Shown in pieces: positions 54,232-63,948 of a DNA stretch of 64,000 bases. The notes under the pieces are model-generated. The model did not search any database, was not told the origin of the DNA, and saw nothing but the letters and a program-made list of their open reading frames with translations. Source of the DNA: Candidatus Latescibacterota bacterium (GTDB lineage: Bacteria; Latescibacterota; UBA2968; UBA8231); assembly GCA_965248265.1 (NCBI GenBank), contig CBDFJF010000002.1:1280001-1344000 (forward strand), in the 5' to 3' direction. Numbering within the stretch: position 1 is the stretch's first letter; each line of letters opens with the position of its first letter. The translations under genes and the position numbers were made by a program.

Positions 54232-57177
54232 ATGGCAACGTACTTCCGCCGCGAGGTACTCGCCCTCTATGTGTTGGTGATGACGGTTGCGATGGGGGGG
54301 GAGGCGAGTTGGGTTGAGGCGCAGGGGGAGAACGTGTGGAGGGCGGAGCGTCGGTGGAAGGAGACACCGGCGGTGCCCGCGGTTGTGCCGGATCGGATGT
54401 TTTTGGGAGACCCGGGGGAGGTGTATCAGAACTACGCCTTCACGGGGTATCGGAACTACGACTCGCTGACGGGTCGACCGCCGTGGTCGAACATCTACGA
54501 TCCGCTGGGCAACTTCCTGATCAGCGGTCGGGAATTGGGCTCCTGGACTGGGGAACAGTCCACGGAGGGGGGCATCCGCAGTGGAAACAGTCGTATTCTA
54601 GCTAACCTCGCCAACTTCCACGGGGTTTTGTCCATGGGCGGGCAGACCTATTCGGGATGGGCGAGTAATCTGATCTTTTCGAGGAGCGGTGCGGGGAGTT
54701 TCTGGACCAAGGGGATCATGACGCGGTTCACACCGCTGACGTTGAATCGAGTGGCGCTACAGGGCGCCCGGGGGGACATTCTGAGCCCGTTCGGTGATGC
54801 CCTGAGCCTGGTAGCCTCCTACCAGTATCTGGGCTATACGGGAGGAGTTGGGTTACATGGAGGTGGCGACGATTCGGTGATTCTCCTGGCCGGACACTAT
54901 GAGCGCGAGACGGGGCCGTTGCGGTTGGGCGCCACGTTTGCCAACCTGCACATGTTCGATGTGCGCTATCCGACGACGGACTTGAGGGGGGATCTGCACG
55001 CTTCTCAGGCGATCCCGGCGCTCATCGCGGTGCGGATCTCGGACGATTCGCCGAGCGATGGACGAGGTGGCCCCGTCGTGTCCGGGGTGCAGTTGGTGAT
55101 CAATGGTCAAGCGCGCCCGAATCTGGTTCCGGACCTGGTGCGTCGGGATCTCACGAATACGTTCACGGTGGTCGGGAGGACGGGGGTCGACGGGAATTTC
55201 CGGCCCAGCTTCTACTACGAGCCCTCCGTAGCGCGCAGTACGGGTCCCTATTTGGGGATGGAGAAACCGCTGTATGCCGACTACCTGTATCGGCGGGATC
55301 TCGCGCAGGGAGAGGATGTGTCCGACTTCGCCGACGTAGATCGTCTGGTGAGGTTTATAGAATGGGAAGACCCGAGCCAGGTTCAGCGTGCGGATGGGAC
55401 CGAGTCCCTGGTGTACTACTTCAATCTTGAGGGGCTGACCCACGTGCGCTCCGTGGAGGTGGAGGCGTCGGTGGGCAATGACTACCATATCGAAGTCGCC
55501 GACATCAGTGTGACGGCTCCGAATGACGATAGGTATGATTCCCGCTACAGCGCGCCGTTCTACAAGACGGTGCGTCGTGCCGAGGGCAACGTGCAGGATT
55601 TGTCGAATGCCGAGCGGATACGGTTTCCGATCGGCAATGAGACCGGTCAGTCGGTATGGGGCGTGAACATGGCGCTGGACCTCGTGGGTCTGCGGGTGCG
55701 TGGGGAGTTTGCACAGAGCATCACCTACAGCCGCTACCGGGACGGGGTGCCCGGGGAACAGCTGGACCTCATCGGCACCGACCCGGTGCTCTACGAGGGC
55801 AATGGAGTGCGCCACCACGAGCGGGAACGGGCCGGGTATGTTCAACTCGAGCGGGAGACGCCGCGCTACGGTTTCGGGGGAGAACTGTTTTCCATCGGGC
55901 CCATGTTCAACCAGCGACTGACGAAGAGGCCAGGTGAGGTGGCGATTGGGGGAGGCTTTCCCTACCTGAAGAACAAGACGACCTTCTTCTCTCTTCTCGA
56001 GGACAATGATGATGGGGACGCCAATCCGGAGGGCAAGATCCGAGGTTCGGCCCCCCGTGATCTATCCGTGTTTCCCGGCAACGATGCGGACAACGACGGT
56101 ATCCCTGATACCAACCGCAACCTGAACGGGCTGCCAGATTTTCTGGAGCCTTTCCTGCTCTACGAAGCGGATCCGGATGAATACGTGTACGGTCTGGATT
56201 TCAACAACAACGACGTCGTGGATGAGCGCGAGGACGACCTGAAGGAGGACCTTCCGTATGACCGGGATCTGCGGGGGGCCCATGCTTATGTCCGCTGGAA
56301 GCCATGGACAGGCGCGGAGGCGACAGTGGGCTGGCTGCAATCGCATCAGATTGCCGGCGGAGGCCGCAACGACCAGCGCTACCTCCGACTGCACTATAGC
56401 GAGGTGCATCCCCGGGTGGGAGAATGGCTGATCGAGAACGAGCTGAAGCGGGTGTGGGACGATGTGCCGGATGACGTGTTCAGCTGGACGGCGGCGAACG
56501 CGTCAGTAGACCAAAGATTTCTCAGGACCGATGAGGGGCGATTCGCGTATTTTCCGACGTTCACCCCCGATCCGTTGGACTATCGCAACAGTCTGGCGAA
56601 CCGGTTGCACATATCGGGCACCCTGAAGTGGCTTCCCGGCTGGCGGATCGTCACCCGGCTGAAACTGGAACACAACCGTCAGTATGGGGGGAGCCTCGAG
56701 GACGGTTCGGAGCAGGCCCGGGATCGGATCCGTTCCCTGGCGTGGGTGCAGCAGGCCGACTACACGTGGCACTGGGGGAATTTGACGCTGCAGCCGGCCC
56801 TGAAAGGACTCTGGTTGAAGCGGACCCGGCAGCGGGCAGACCGGGCGTTGATCCACACCGAAACGGTCGTCCCCATCGTCAAGGCCCGCTATGAGCTGTC
56901 TCCGGCGACGGAGGTGAAGGTGGGTTTCCAGGGAGTCCCGGGCTGGTGGTTCGAGGAAACCCACCTGGCCGATCCGCGCAACAGCTTCAAGCGGCGGACG
57001 ACGATGGTCTTCCTCTCCAACATGTCGGATTACTCGGGGTATAAGATTTCCACCAATCTGGGGTTCAAGCAGGACAGGCTGGAGTACGCAGACGAATTCC
57101 GCTTCCTCGAGAGCTTCGACACGACGGAGATCTTCGTGCGCCTGTTCATGGGGTATGGGCAAAACGTACTGTATTAA
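54232..57177 (+). CDS. Uncharacterised probable outer-membrane beta-barrel with Asp/Asn-rich block (paralogue 3)
   Basis: ATG 54232 gives a signal peptide; same motif series; FPGNDADNDGIPDTNRNLNGLPDF; last strand EIFVRLFMGY. Confidence 0.6.
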   Translation: MATYFRREVLALYVLVMTVAMGGEASWVEAQGENVWRAERRWKETPAVPAVVPDRMFLGDPGEVYQNYAFTGYRNYDSLTGRPPWSNIYDPLGNFLISGRELGSWTGEQSTEGGIRSGNSRILANLANFHGVLSMGGQTYSGWASNLIFSRSGAGSFWTKGIMTRFTPLTLNRVALQGARGDILSPFGDALSLVASYQYLGYTGGVGLHGGGDDSVILLAGHYERETGPLRLGATFANLHMFDVRYPTTDLRGDLHASQAIPALIAVRISDDSPSDGRGGPVVSGVQLVINGQARPNLVPDLVRRDLTNTFTVVGRTGVDGNFRPSFYYEPSVARSTGPYLGMEKPLYADYLYRRDLAQGEDVSDFADVDRLVRFIEWEDPSQVQRADGTESLVYYFNLEGLTHVRSVEVEASVGNDYHIEVADISVTAPNDDRYDSRYSAPFYKTVRRAEGNVQDLSNAERIRFPIGNETGQSVWGVNMALDLVGLRVRGEFAQSITYSRYRDGVPGEQLDLIGTDPVLYEGNGVRHHERERAGYVQLERETPRYGFGGELFSIGPMFNQRLTKRPGEVAIGGGFPYLKNKTTFFSLLEDNDDGDANPEGKIRGSAPRDLSVFPGNDADNDGIPDTNRNLNGLPDFLEPFLLYEADPDEYVYGLDFNNNDVVDEREDDLKEDLPYDRDLRGAHAYVRWKPWTGAEATVGWLQSHQIAGGGRNDQRYLRLHYSEVHPRVGEWLIENELKRVWDDVPDDVFSWTAANASVDQRFLRTDEGRFAYFPTFTPDPLDYRNSLANRLHISGTLKWLPGWRIVTRLKLEHNRQYGGSLEDGSEQARDRIRSLAWVQQADYTWHWGNLTLQPALKGLWLKRTRQRADRALIHTETVVPIVKARYELSPATEVKVGFQGVPGWWFEETHLADPRNSFKRRTTMVFLSNMSDYSGYKISTNLGFKQDRLEYADEFRFLESFDTTEIFVRLFMGYGQNVLY

Positions 57178-57196
57178 TGCAGGGTGACTATTTGTA

Positions 57197-58477
57197 ATGG
57201 CAAAAGGCGATGTGCATCCTTCTGAAAAGCGCGAGTTCTCGGATCCGGCGACGGATGTGCGCGTCATCCAGCTCACGGACCAGCCGTGTGTCAACACGAG
57301 CGCCTATTACAATCAGGAGCAGTTCATCGGTGGGTCAGAGCGATTCGTCTTCATCTCCAACCGCAGCGGTGAAAGTCACCTCTACACGGTGGAGGTGGCT
57401 TCCGGCAAGATCGTGCAACTGACCGACGAGGAGCCCTCGGGCGGCTTCACCGTCGACCCCGAACGCGGCATCGTCTACTTCGGGCGCGATCGGCAGTTTG
57501 TCGCCCTGGATGTGGAGTCGTTGCAGGAGGAAGTGGTAGCCGAGTCACCGGAAGGCTGCGGGCCGATCGGCGGACCGGACCTGTCGTCGTGCGGGCGTTA
57601 TCTCGTCCTCGGCTGTGGCCCGGCGGACAGGAAGAAGAGTTACGACTACCGGTACGGCAGAGAAGCGATGGTGCTCCTGGTCGATGTCGTGGAGAAACGG
57701 CAGGAAGTGGTTTATCATGGGCCGAGCGCGGACAACCAGGCGGCGCCCGACAGCCACCACTTCATCAGTCGCGGCGACCCGTCCTACGTGTGGTTCGGCA
57801 GCTATGCCAGGCTGCAGCCCACCGGCATCAAGACAGCCTGGGTCATGAAAGTCGATCTCGAGCGCCTCAAACCCATACACGACCCGATACTGCTGTTCGA
57901 TCAGCAGCCGTATGACTACATCAACCACTACTACTCAGCGCCCAATGCTCACGTCGAATCGTTTCACTACCAGAACATGGCCTACGACCGGGACGGGATC
58001 CCGATCGCTCAGGAGCAAAAGCTGCCGATGCTTCTCGACATCGATCTGGAACGACGCACGACCAGCCGGTGGGTGTTCCCGGGGCTGGCACCGACGCATT
58101 TCAAGTGCAACAACGCCGACGACATGTGGGCGGGGGATCGGGCCGACCCCGGTTTTCTCTGGCTCGAAGGTCGCGGTGAAGACGGCAGTGCCTATATAGA
58201 TGGAGACGCTGAGAACGCCGATTACTGGTTGCACTACTGGCCTGAATCCAGCGCGCCGAGCTTCCCCGCACACGAGTGGATCGGGGTGTTCCGCAAGCAC
58301 CATTCCTCCTACCTTGAGGTTCGTCCGCTGGTTCGGCACAAGACCACCTGGTGGGAAGGTGTCCATCCGCATCCGGTGTTCTCGCCTGATGATAAATGGA
58401 TTGCATACTGCGCCGGGGAGAAAGAGCGATCTCAGCTCTACCTGGCCGAGGCGGTCTGGCCAAGATGGCTCACGTAG
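57197..58477 (+). CDS. Oligogalacturonate lyase (PL22)-like beta-propeller protein
   Basis: MAKG..DPATDVRVIQLT, YYNQ, FISNRSG..LY, IVQLTD, HPHPVFSPD. Confidence 0.75.
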   Translation: MAKGDVHPSEKREFSDPATDVRVIQLTDQPCVNTSAYYNQEQFIGGSERFVFISNRSGESHLYTVEVASGKIVQLTDEEPSGGFTVDPERGIVYFGRDRQFVALDVESLQEEVVAESPEGCGPIGGPDLSSCGRYLVLGCGPADRKKSYDYRYGREAMVLLVDVVEKRQEVVYHGPSADNQAAPDSHHFISRGDPSYVWFGSYARLQPTGIKTAWVMKVDLERLKPIHDPILLFDQQPYDYINHYYSAPNAHVESFHYQNMAYDRDGIPIAQEQKLPMLLDIDLERRTTSRWVFPGLAPTHFKCNNADDMWAGDRADPGFLWLEGRGEDGSAYIDGDAENADYWLHYWPESSAPSFPAHEWIGVFRKHHSSYLEVRPLVRHKTTWWEGVHPHPVFSPDDKWIAYCAGEKERSQLYLAEAVWPRWLT

Positions 58478-58490
58478 CTGAACGGAGTCT

Positions 58491-61400
58491 TTGATGTCAT
58501 TTGCGTGGATAATCGTGTCGTTGAGTCTGGTGGTTACGGCGTGGACTCGGCATGTGCCGTCCGCGGAGGACGTGCAGGCCTCTTTTCGAAAGGCGCAGCG
58601 CTTCTACGGGGCAGAAGCATACGACCAAGCGGTCGAGCAGTACGAAAAGGTCGGCCAGGTAAGCAGCACGCTGCTCCGCCTCGAACAGGTCACCGTGACG
58701 GTGGGCGATATTACGGCACCGATCACCGAGGCAGCCCTGTACCAGTCGGGCAACGCATACTTCAAGATGGCTCAGGATGCGCGGCGCAAGGTGCACCGGG
58801 CGGAGAGCGCGACGGATCGAGAGAAAGCCGAACGTCAGGCCCAGGCATTCCTGGAACGGTCGGTCGGATTCTTCGAGCGAGTGGAATCCGAGGCCACGGC
58901 TGAGGGATTGCGGGTGCTGGCACAGAGTCGTCTAGTGACGACCTGGTACGAAACGAAGGATTACGAACAGACCATAGCTGAAGCTCAAACGCTCATATCG
59001 AAGTACCCCGACAGCAAGTTCGTGGCAAACGCGATGTACGATATCGCCTGGTCGTACTATGAGCAAGGTGACTACGAGTCCAGCATCCAGGCGTTCGAGG
59101 CGCTGATCCGACATTCCCCTACGGGCTTCCGGGCGGACCGGGCGCAGTTTCAGATCGCGGAATGCTACTATCTCCAGAACGACTATGAGAAGGCCATCAG
59201 TCACTATCAGCAGCTGGTGGACCAGGCCAACGTGTACGGATTGACCGGCCGGGATTTGATGAGGATGCGGCGGGAGAAGCTGGCGGGATTGGTGGACGAG
59301 ACGGCACTGGAGCTGGCCGCCAAGGCGCAGTTGAAGATCGGGGATGGGTATTCGAAGCTGGGGCAGCTCGACAAGGCGACCGAGGCATTCGAGCGGGTGA
59401 TCGAACTGTTCTCGGCGGAAAGGGGCTTCGTCGAAGAGGGTTATCGCCGTCTGGCGGATATGTACTATGAGCAAGGGGATCTCGAGCTGTCCGTGCGTAC
59501 CTACAGGACCGCCATCGACCGGGTACGCGATCGGTTCTTCCAGGCCCGTATGCAGTCTCAAATGGCCCGGCGTTATGCTGACAGCGGACGTTTCGACGAG
59601 GCCATCGAGGAGTATGAGGTCTACATCAAGGGATATGAGGAGGTGGCGGCACGTGCGGGCTTTCCAGTGGACGAGGCGGATTACAATATAGGCAGGGCAT
59701 ACTATGACAAGGGACAACAGGCGCTAGCCGCGAGTCAACGGTCGATGGCCATACCGCATTTCCGTGAGGCGACCGCCCGGTATGAGAGCACGCTGAAGAC
59801 CTATCCCGACACCCGGCTAAAGGTGGACTTGCAGTTCAATATCGCCCTCTGCCAGCAGTTCATGGACGATGCGTCCTCGACGGCCCGGGCCCTGGAGGGA
59901 TTTCAGGGCATCATCAACGACCATCCCGATGACCCACTTGTCGAAAGCTCGCTCTTTCAGATCGCCCGGATATTCTACGACCAAAAAGAGTACGCCAGGG
60001 CTGTGGAGATTTACGGTGAATTGCTCCAGCGATTCCCCGATTCGCCCCAGGCGTCGATGGTGCATTTCGAACGGGGTATCTGCCGGCGGGACCAGGGAGA
60101 GCAGGACAAGGCGCTCGAGGCATTCCTGATGGTGCTGCCCGAATCGCCGCTGTTTGCCGATGCGCGCGTGACCGCCGGGGAAATCCTGATCCGCCAGGGG
60201 GAGTTTGTCCGCGCGTTGGAGATCATTGACGAAGCGCTGGCCTTTCAAGTCACGCCCGAGGTGCCCATACGCTATCTGTACATCAAGGCCAAAGCCTTTA
60301 CCGGAGAGATGGCCTACGAAGAGGCTGCGGGGGCGTTCACGGGCATCATCGAAGGGGCGAAGGATCAGCCCCAGTTGGTGGAGAGTTCGCTCTATGCCAG
60401 GGGAACCGCCCTGCTGAGCTTGGGGCGACATGGAGAAGCCGACCGAGACTTCGAGCGTGTCGTAGACGAGGCGGATGACCCCGTGATGCAACGGGCAGCC
60501 CGTCGGATGCTGGGGATGTCCCTGATTCAACAGGGGCGTGAACTAGAGGCCAGCACCAACTACGAGACCCTGGCCGCCAATGCCACTGATGTGCAGGAGA
60601 AGGCGGAATATCTCCTTCTGTTGGCCGAGCTCTATCACGGGCTCAAGACCTACGATCGCGTCGTGCGGATCTGCAGCGATATCGTGGCCATCGCTTCAGA
60701 TGAGAGCCTGCAGGGAGGTGATTCGATCCAGGAGAAGGCGCTTTTTCTGCTCGGGGACGCGCATAGTCGCATGGAGGAGCATGCCGCCGTTACAGACACG
60801 TTCAGAGAAGCTCTGAGGCGCTACCCGGACTCCATATACGCGCCGGACATGACCTTTGTGCTGGGGCTGAGCCTCATGCAATCGGGGCGGCGAGAGCAGG
60901 CGGCGCTCGAGCTCGAGCGTTTCCTTGAGCGCTATGAGGGCGATGCCAATACGGCGCATGCGCTATACTACCTGGGACATATCCGGTTTGGTCACAGGGA
61001 GTTCGCGCCCGCCATACGTGTGTTCGAGCGGCTGGTTGCGGAGTTTCCCCAACACGAGGCGGCGGCTGATGTCTGGTTCAGAATCGGGGAAAGCTACTTC
61101 AACCTGGAGCAATATGAGCAGGCGTTGAACGCATATGGAAGCGTCGTCGACGACTGGCCCGGGCCGGAGCAGGACGACGCGTTGTATAACAGCGCCTGGG
61201 TGTACATGGAATTGAACCGCGGAGAAGAAGCGGCAGCCACTCTAGGCCGGCTGCTCACGGAGTTTCCCGACAGCGAACTGGCTCCCAACGCCCAATTTAC
61301 CATCGGAGACTACCATTACAACGAAGGGCAGTATGAGCAGGCCCTGGATGCCTATCAGGGGCTCATGAAGGACCATCCCGACGCTGAGGTTGCGGCGGAA

Positions 61401-61739
61401 GTGCCGAAGTTGATCGAGGATTTGAGGGAGGCGGTGGCTTTTACCAGGTATCAAGCGATCGTTGTCGAATTCCGCCAGGCCATGACAACCAAGGACAAGG
61501 AGTCGCTGCGCCGCATCCTGTCCCGTATGAAGAGACTGGCCGAGGAATATTCAGGCACCGAGACCGAACTAGGCATTCTGAACAACATGGGTATTTCCTA
61601 CGAGTCCCTGAACGAATGGACGGAGGCCGTAGGTGTGTATGAACGCGTGATCGACCGTCATGAGGCGGGGACAGGTACTCCCGATGCGCATCAGTTCGCC
61701 AAGCAGCACCGGGATTGGATCGTTGCCAATCGGCTGTAA
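58491..61739 (+). CDS. Large periplasmic tetratricopeptide-repeat protein (BamD/CpoB-like TPRs)
   Basis: N-terminal hydrophobic leader; many repeats such as AQFQIAECYYLQNDYEKAI, LLQRFPDSP, AQFTIGDYHYNEGQYEQAL. Confidence 0.9.
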   Translation: MMSFAWIIVSLSLVVTAWTRHVPSAEDVQASFRKAQRFYGAEAYDQAVEQYEKVGQVSSTLLRLEQVTVTVGDITAPITEAALYQSGNAYFKMAQDARRKVHRAESATDREKAERQAQAFLERSVGFFERVESEATAEGLRVLAQSRLVTTWYETKDYEQTIAEAQTLISKYPDSKFVANAMYDIAWSYYEQGDYESSIQAFEALIRHSPTGFRADRAQFQIAECYYLQNDYEKAISHYQQLVDQANVYGLTGRDLMRMRREKLAGLVDETALELAAKAQLKIGDGYSKLGQLDKATEAFERVIELFSAERGFVEEGYRRLADMYYEQGDLELSVRTYRTAIDRVRDRFFQARMQSQMARRYADSGRFDEAIEEYEVYIKGYEEVAARAGFPVDEADYNIGRAYYDKGQQALAASQRSMAIPHFREATARYESTLKTYPDTRLKVDLQFNIALCQQFMDDASSTARALEGFQGIINDHPDDPLVESSLFQIARIFYDQKEYARAVEIYGELLQRFPDSPQASMVHFERGICRRDQGEQDKALEAFLMVLPESPLFADARVTAGEILIRQGEFVRALEIIDEALAFQVTPEVPIRYLYIKAKAFTGEMAYEEAAGAFTGIIEGAKDQPQLVESSLYARGTALLSLGRHGEADRDFERVVDEADDPVMQRAARRMLGMSLIQQGRELEASTNYETLAANATDVQEKAEYLLLLAELYHGLKTYDRVVRICSDIVAIASDESLQGGDSIQEKALFLLGDAHSRMEEHAAVTDTFREALRRYPDSIYAPDMTFVLGLSLMQSGRREQAALELERFLERYEGDANTAHALYYLGHIRFGHREFAPAIRVFERLVAEFPQHEAAADVWFRIGESYFNLEQYEQALNAYGSVVDDWPGPEQDDALYNSAWVYMELNRGEEAAATLGRLLTEFPDSELAPNAQFTIGDYHYNEGQYEQALDAYQGLMKDHPDAEVAAEVPKLIEDLREAVAFTRYQAIVVEFRQAMTTKDKESLRRILSRMKRLAEEYSGTETELGILNNMGISYESLNEWTEAVGVYERVIDRHEAGTGTPDAHQFAKQHRDWIVANRL

Positions 61740-61752
61740 GGGAGAAGAGCTC

Positions 61753-62304
61753 GTGAAACACGTTATTTGCGTTGTGTTGTGTGCGGCGTTTGTCTGTGGG
61801 ACGGCGTGGGAGGTGAGAGGCCAGGAAGAGATGTTTGCCGAAGAGGTCCGGGTGTCGCGGAATAGGGCGGTGATGCTGTCCGTGCTCTTTCCCGGTCTGG
61901 GACAGATGGCCTCGGGGCAAAAGCAAAAGGGTGGCGCGCTCTTTTTGAGCGGGCTGGTTTCACTGATCGTGGCGGTAGACGCACACGAGTCATACAACAC
62001 GCGTCGGGATGTGTACGCGTCATCCCGGAGCGAGTATGACGCCCTGCGTGTGGAGGGCACTCACCAGGAGGCGGAGGTCAAGTGGCAACGTGTGGTGGAT
62101 CTGAACGATGACCTGGACAACCTGCACAGTCGCCGGCAGATCTTCGGATACGCGGCGGTCGCGATCTATGCCTTGAATGTGGTAGATATCCTGTTGCGGC
62201 ATCCGGGAGATGCGACCGCTGGGCAAGAGATTGACCGCCAGCTTCTGGTGTCAGCAGGTCCCGTAGGTGGCACGACGGGGATCGTGGTATCGAAGAGCTT
62301 CTGA
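61753..62304 (+). CDS. DUF5683-like exported/membrane protein
   Basis: Signal peptide; AVMLSVLFPGLGQM, IYALNVVD, C-terminal GIVVSKSF; GTG start with GGAG RBS. Confidence 0.65.
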   Translation: MKHVICVVLCAAFVCGTAWEVRGQEEMFAEEVRVSRNRAVMLSVLFPGLGQMASGQKQKGGALFLSGLVSLIVAVDAHESYNTRRDVYASSRSEYDALRVEGTHQEAEVKWQRVVDLNDDLDNLHSRRQIFGYAAVAIYALNVVDILLRHPGDATAGQEIDRQLLVSAGPVGGTTGIVVSKSF

Positions 62305-62356
62305 ATGGAGGAGGATCGTGTTACGGAATAGAGAGATAGCGACGGTGGGGCCATAC

Positions 62357-62737
62357 GTGAACATCCTTTTGTTCGGCATGCTGTTGGCAGGCTCAGTCTC
62401 CTGCAGCAAGGAGCACGAGGCTCCTGTTGCGTTTCACCAGACGTTGCTGGGCACGCCTACCGAGCTCGAGGCTCAGTTTCAGGCCAGGCAGGATGTCGTC
62501 CTGACGTGGACGATGGAGGACATCGCGAATGTATCGGGGTATGTAGTCTCGTTGTCCGATACCCTGGGACTTCTGAGGGAGTCCCGAGTGACCGAGACGA
62601 CCCACACCTTCGAGGAGTCCAGTTTGATCGCCGACGGGTTTACCGATTCGACCTGGTTCTTCTTCCGGGTCAGTGCGTTGGATTCATCCCTGTTTCGAGG
62701 GCCTGCCGCGCGTCTCGATACGGTGTTCGTCTTTTAG
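62357..62737 (+). CDS. Lipoprotein with fibronectin type III-like domain
   Basis: Lipobox-like GSVSC; PTELEA..VVLTW..GYVV..FFRVSALD; start uncertain (62318 or 62357). Confidence 0.6.
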   Translation: MNILLFGMLLAGSVSCSKEHEAPVAFHQTLLGTPTELEAQFQARQDVVLTWTMEDIANVSGYVVSLSDTLGLLRESRVTETTHTFEESSLIADGFTDSTWFFFRVSALDSSLFRGPAARLDTVFVF

Positions 62738-62793
62738 CAGGCTGGAGGAAGGGCAATGGCGCAACGCGGTCGATTTGAAGACGAGCCGATGGG

Positions 62794-63948
62794 TTGAGGT
62801 TGGATCGGCTGCTAGCCGAGAACCGTCGGCTGGTCCAAGCGGGCCTGGTCATCGCCCTGTTGGCACACGCAGGGCTTTTCACCTACCTGGTGATCTCCAA
62901 GTCGGTTATCAAGGAAGCTCAACCGCCCAGCCTCGAGTTTGTGATGCGGACCCCGAGGCTCACCAAACCATTCGAGTTGAAGAAGAAACGGGTTCAACGC
63001 AAGATGACGCGAAGGAAAGTCGAGACGAACGTGGTTCCCGACATCGCCATCACCGAGCGCATCAATCGTCCGGATGTATTCGGGACGGTGACGACGTTCA
63101 ACTACGCCATCGAAAGCGGGGCGAGTGTGGGTGGTCAAGCTGTCGTCCCGGAGATCACGGCTTTCGCGCGCCTGGCCAGCACCAAGGATCCCGAGAAGCG
63201 TCTCAGCATGCAGGAAGAGTTTCTCGATCTGGAGGCATTGGACACAGGAAAATACAAGGGACTCGTAATCCAGAGTCCGACCAACAAGCAGGACATCCAG
63301 GGGTTCATTTATCTGGCGTTGGCAGTGGGAGAGGAGCTGGATCCGCCGACGCCTCGGGCGATCCCGCAACTGGCCAGGGCCGTCAACAAGTACACCATGA
63401 TCAATGCCAAAGTGGAAGATCGCCTGCAACTGGATTCGCGGGATCTTTTCAAGGCACCTTTCGTGTACATCACGGCGAACAAGGGATTCAACCTCACCAC
63501 CCAGGAGGCCCGCAATCTGGGGGAATACATGAGGATGGGGGGGTTCGTGTTCGCGGAGAACGGCGTCCCAGGTCTGGAGTACGGCCCGGCTGAAGCCTCG
63601 TTGCGGAAGATGTTAAAGGATGTGCTCGGGAAGGATTATCGGCCCCAAATGCTCCCGTACGAGCACCCCATCCATCACAGCTTTTTTGACTTCAACGATG
63701 GACCGCCACCCGGTGGAGAGGTCACAGGCGCCACGGGGGGCGTTACGATTCCTTCGCCGCATCTGGAGGGGATCTTCCTGGAAGGACGGCTGGTAGCGGT
63801 GTATTCGGACAAGGCGTACGGGAAGATCTGGCAGAGAGAGTTTGAGAATGAACCACAGTTGAAGATGGGGTTGAACCTGGTCGTATTCGCCCTGACGCAA
63901 CAGGGCTCGATCGCGCAGCAGCAGATCGATTTCTACAGCCAGCAATGA
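62794..63948 (+). CDS. DUF4159 domain protein with N-terminal TM anchor and extended linker
   Basis: TM AGLVIALLAHAGLFTYLVI; APFVYIT, NLGEYMRMGGFVFAEN, HPIHHSFFDF, LEGI..GRLVAVYS, MGLNLVVFALT. Confidence 0.8.
   Translation: MRLDRLLAENRRLVQAGLVIALLAHAGLFTYLVISKSVIKEAQPPSLEFVMRTPRLTKPFELKKKRVQRKMTRRKVETNVVPDIAITERINRPDVFGTVTTFNYAIESGASVGGQAVVPEITAFARLASTKDPEKRLSMQEEFLDLEALDTGKYKGLVIQSPTNKQDIQGFIYLALAVGEELDPPTPRAIPQLARAVNKYTMINAKVEDRLQLDSRDLFKAPFVYITANKGFNLTTQEARNLGEYMRMGGFVFAENGVPGLEYGPAEASLRKMLKDVLGKDYRPQMLPYEHPIHHSFFDFNDGPPPGGEVTGATGGVTIPSPHLEGIFLEGRLVAVYSDKAYGKIWQREFENEPQLKMGLNLVVFALTQQGSIAQQQIDFYSQQ

Noticed and set aside
48279-57177. Calling the paralogues TonB-dependent receptors/SusC
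   Set aside because: No recognisable plug motif or TBDR C-terminal signature, and no SusD-like partner
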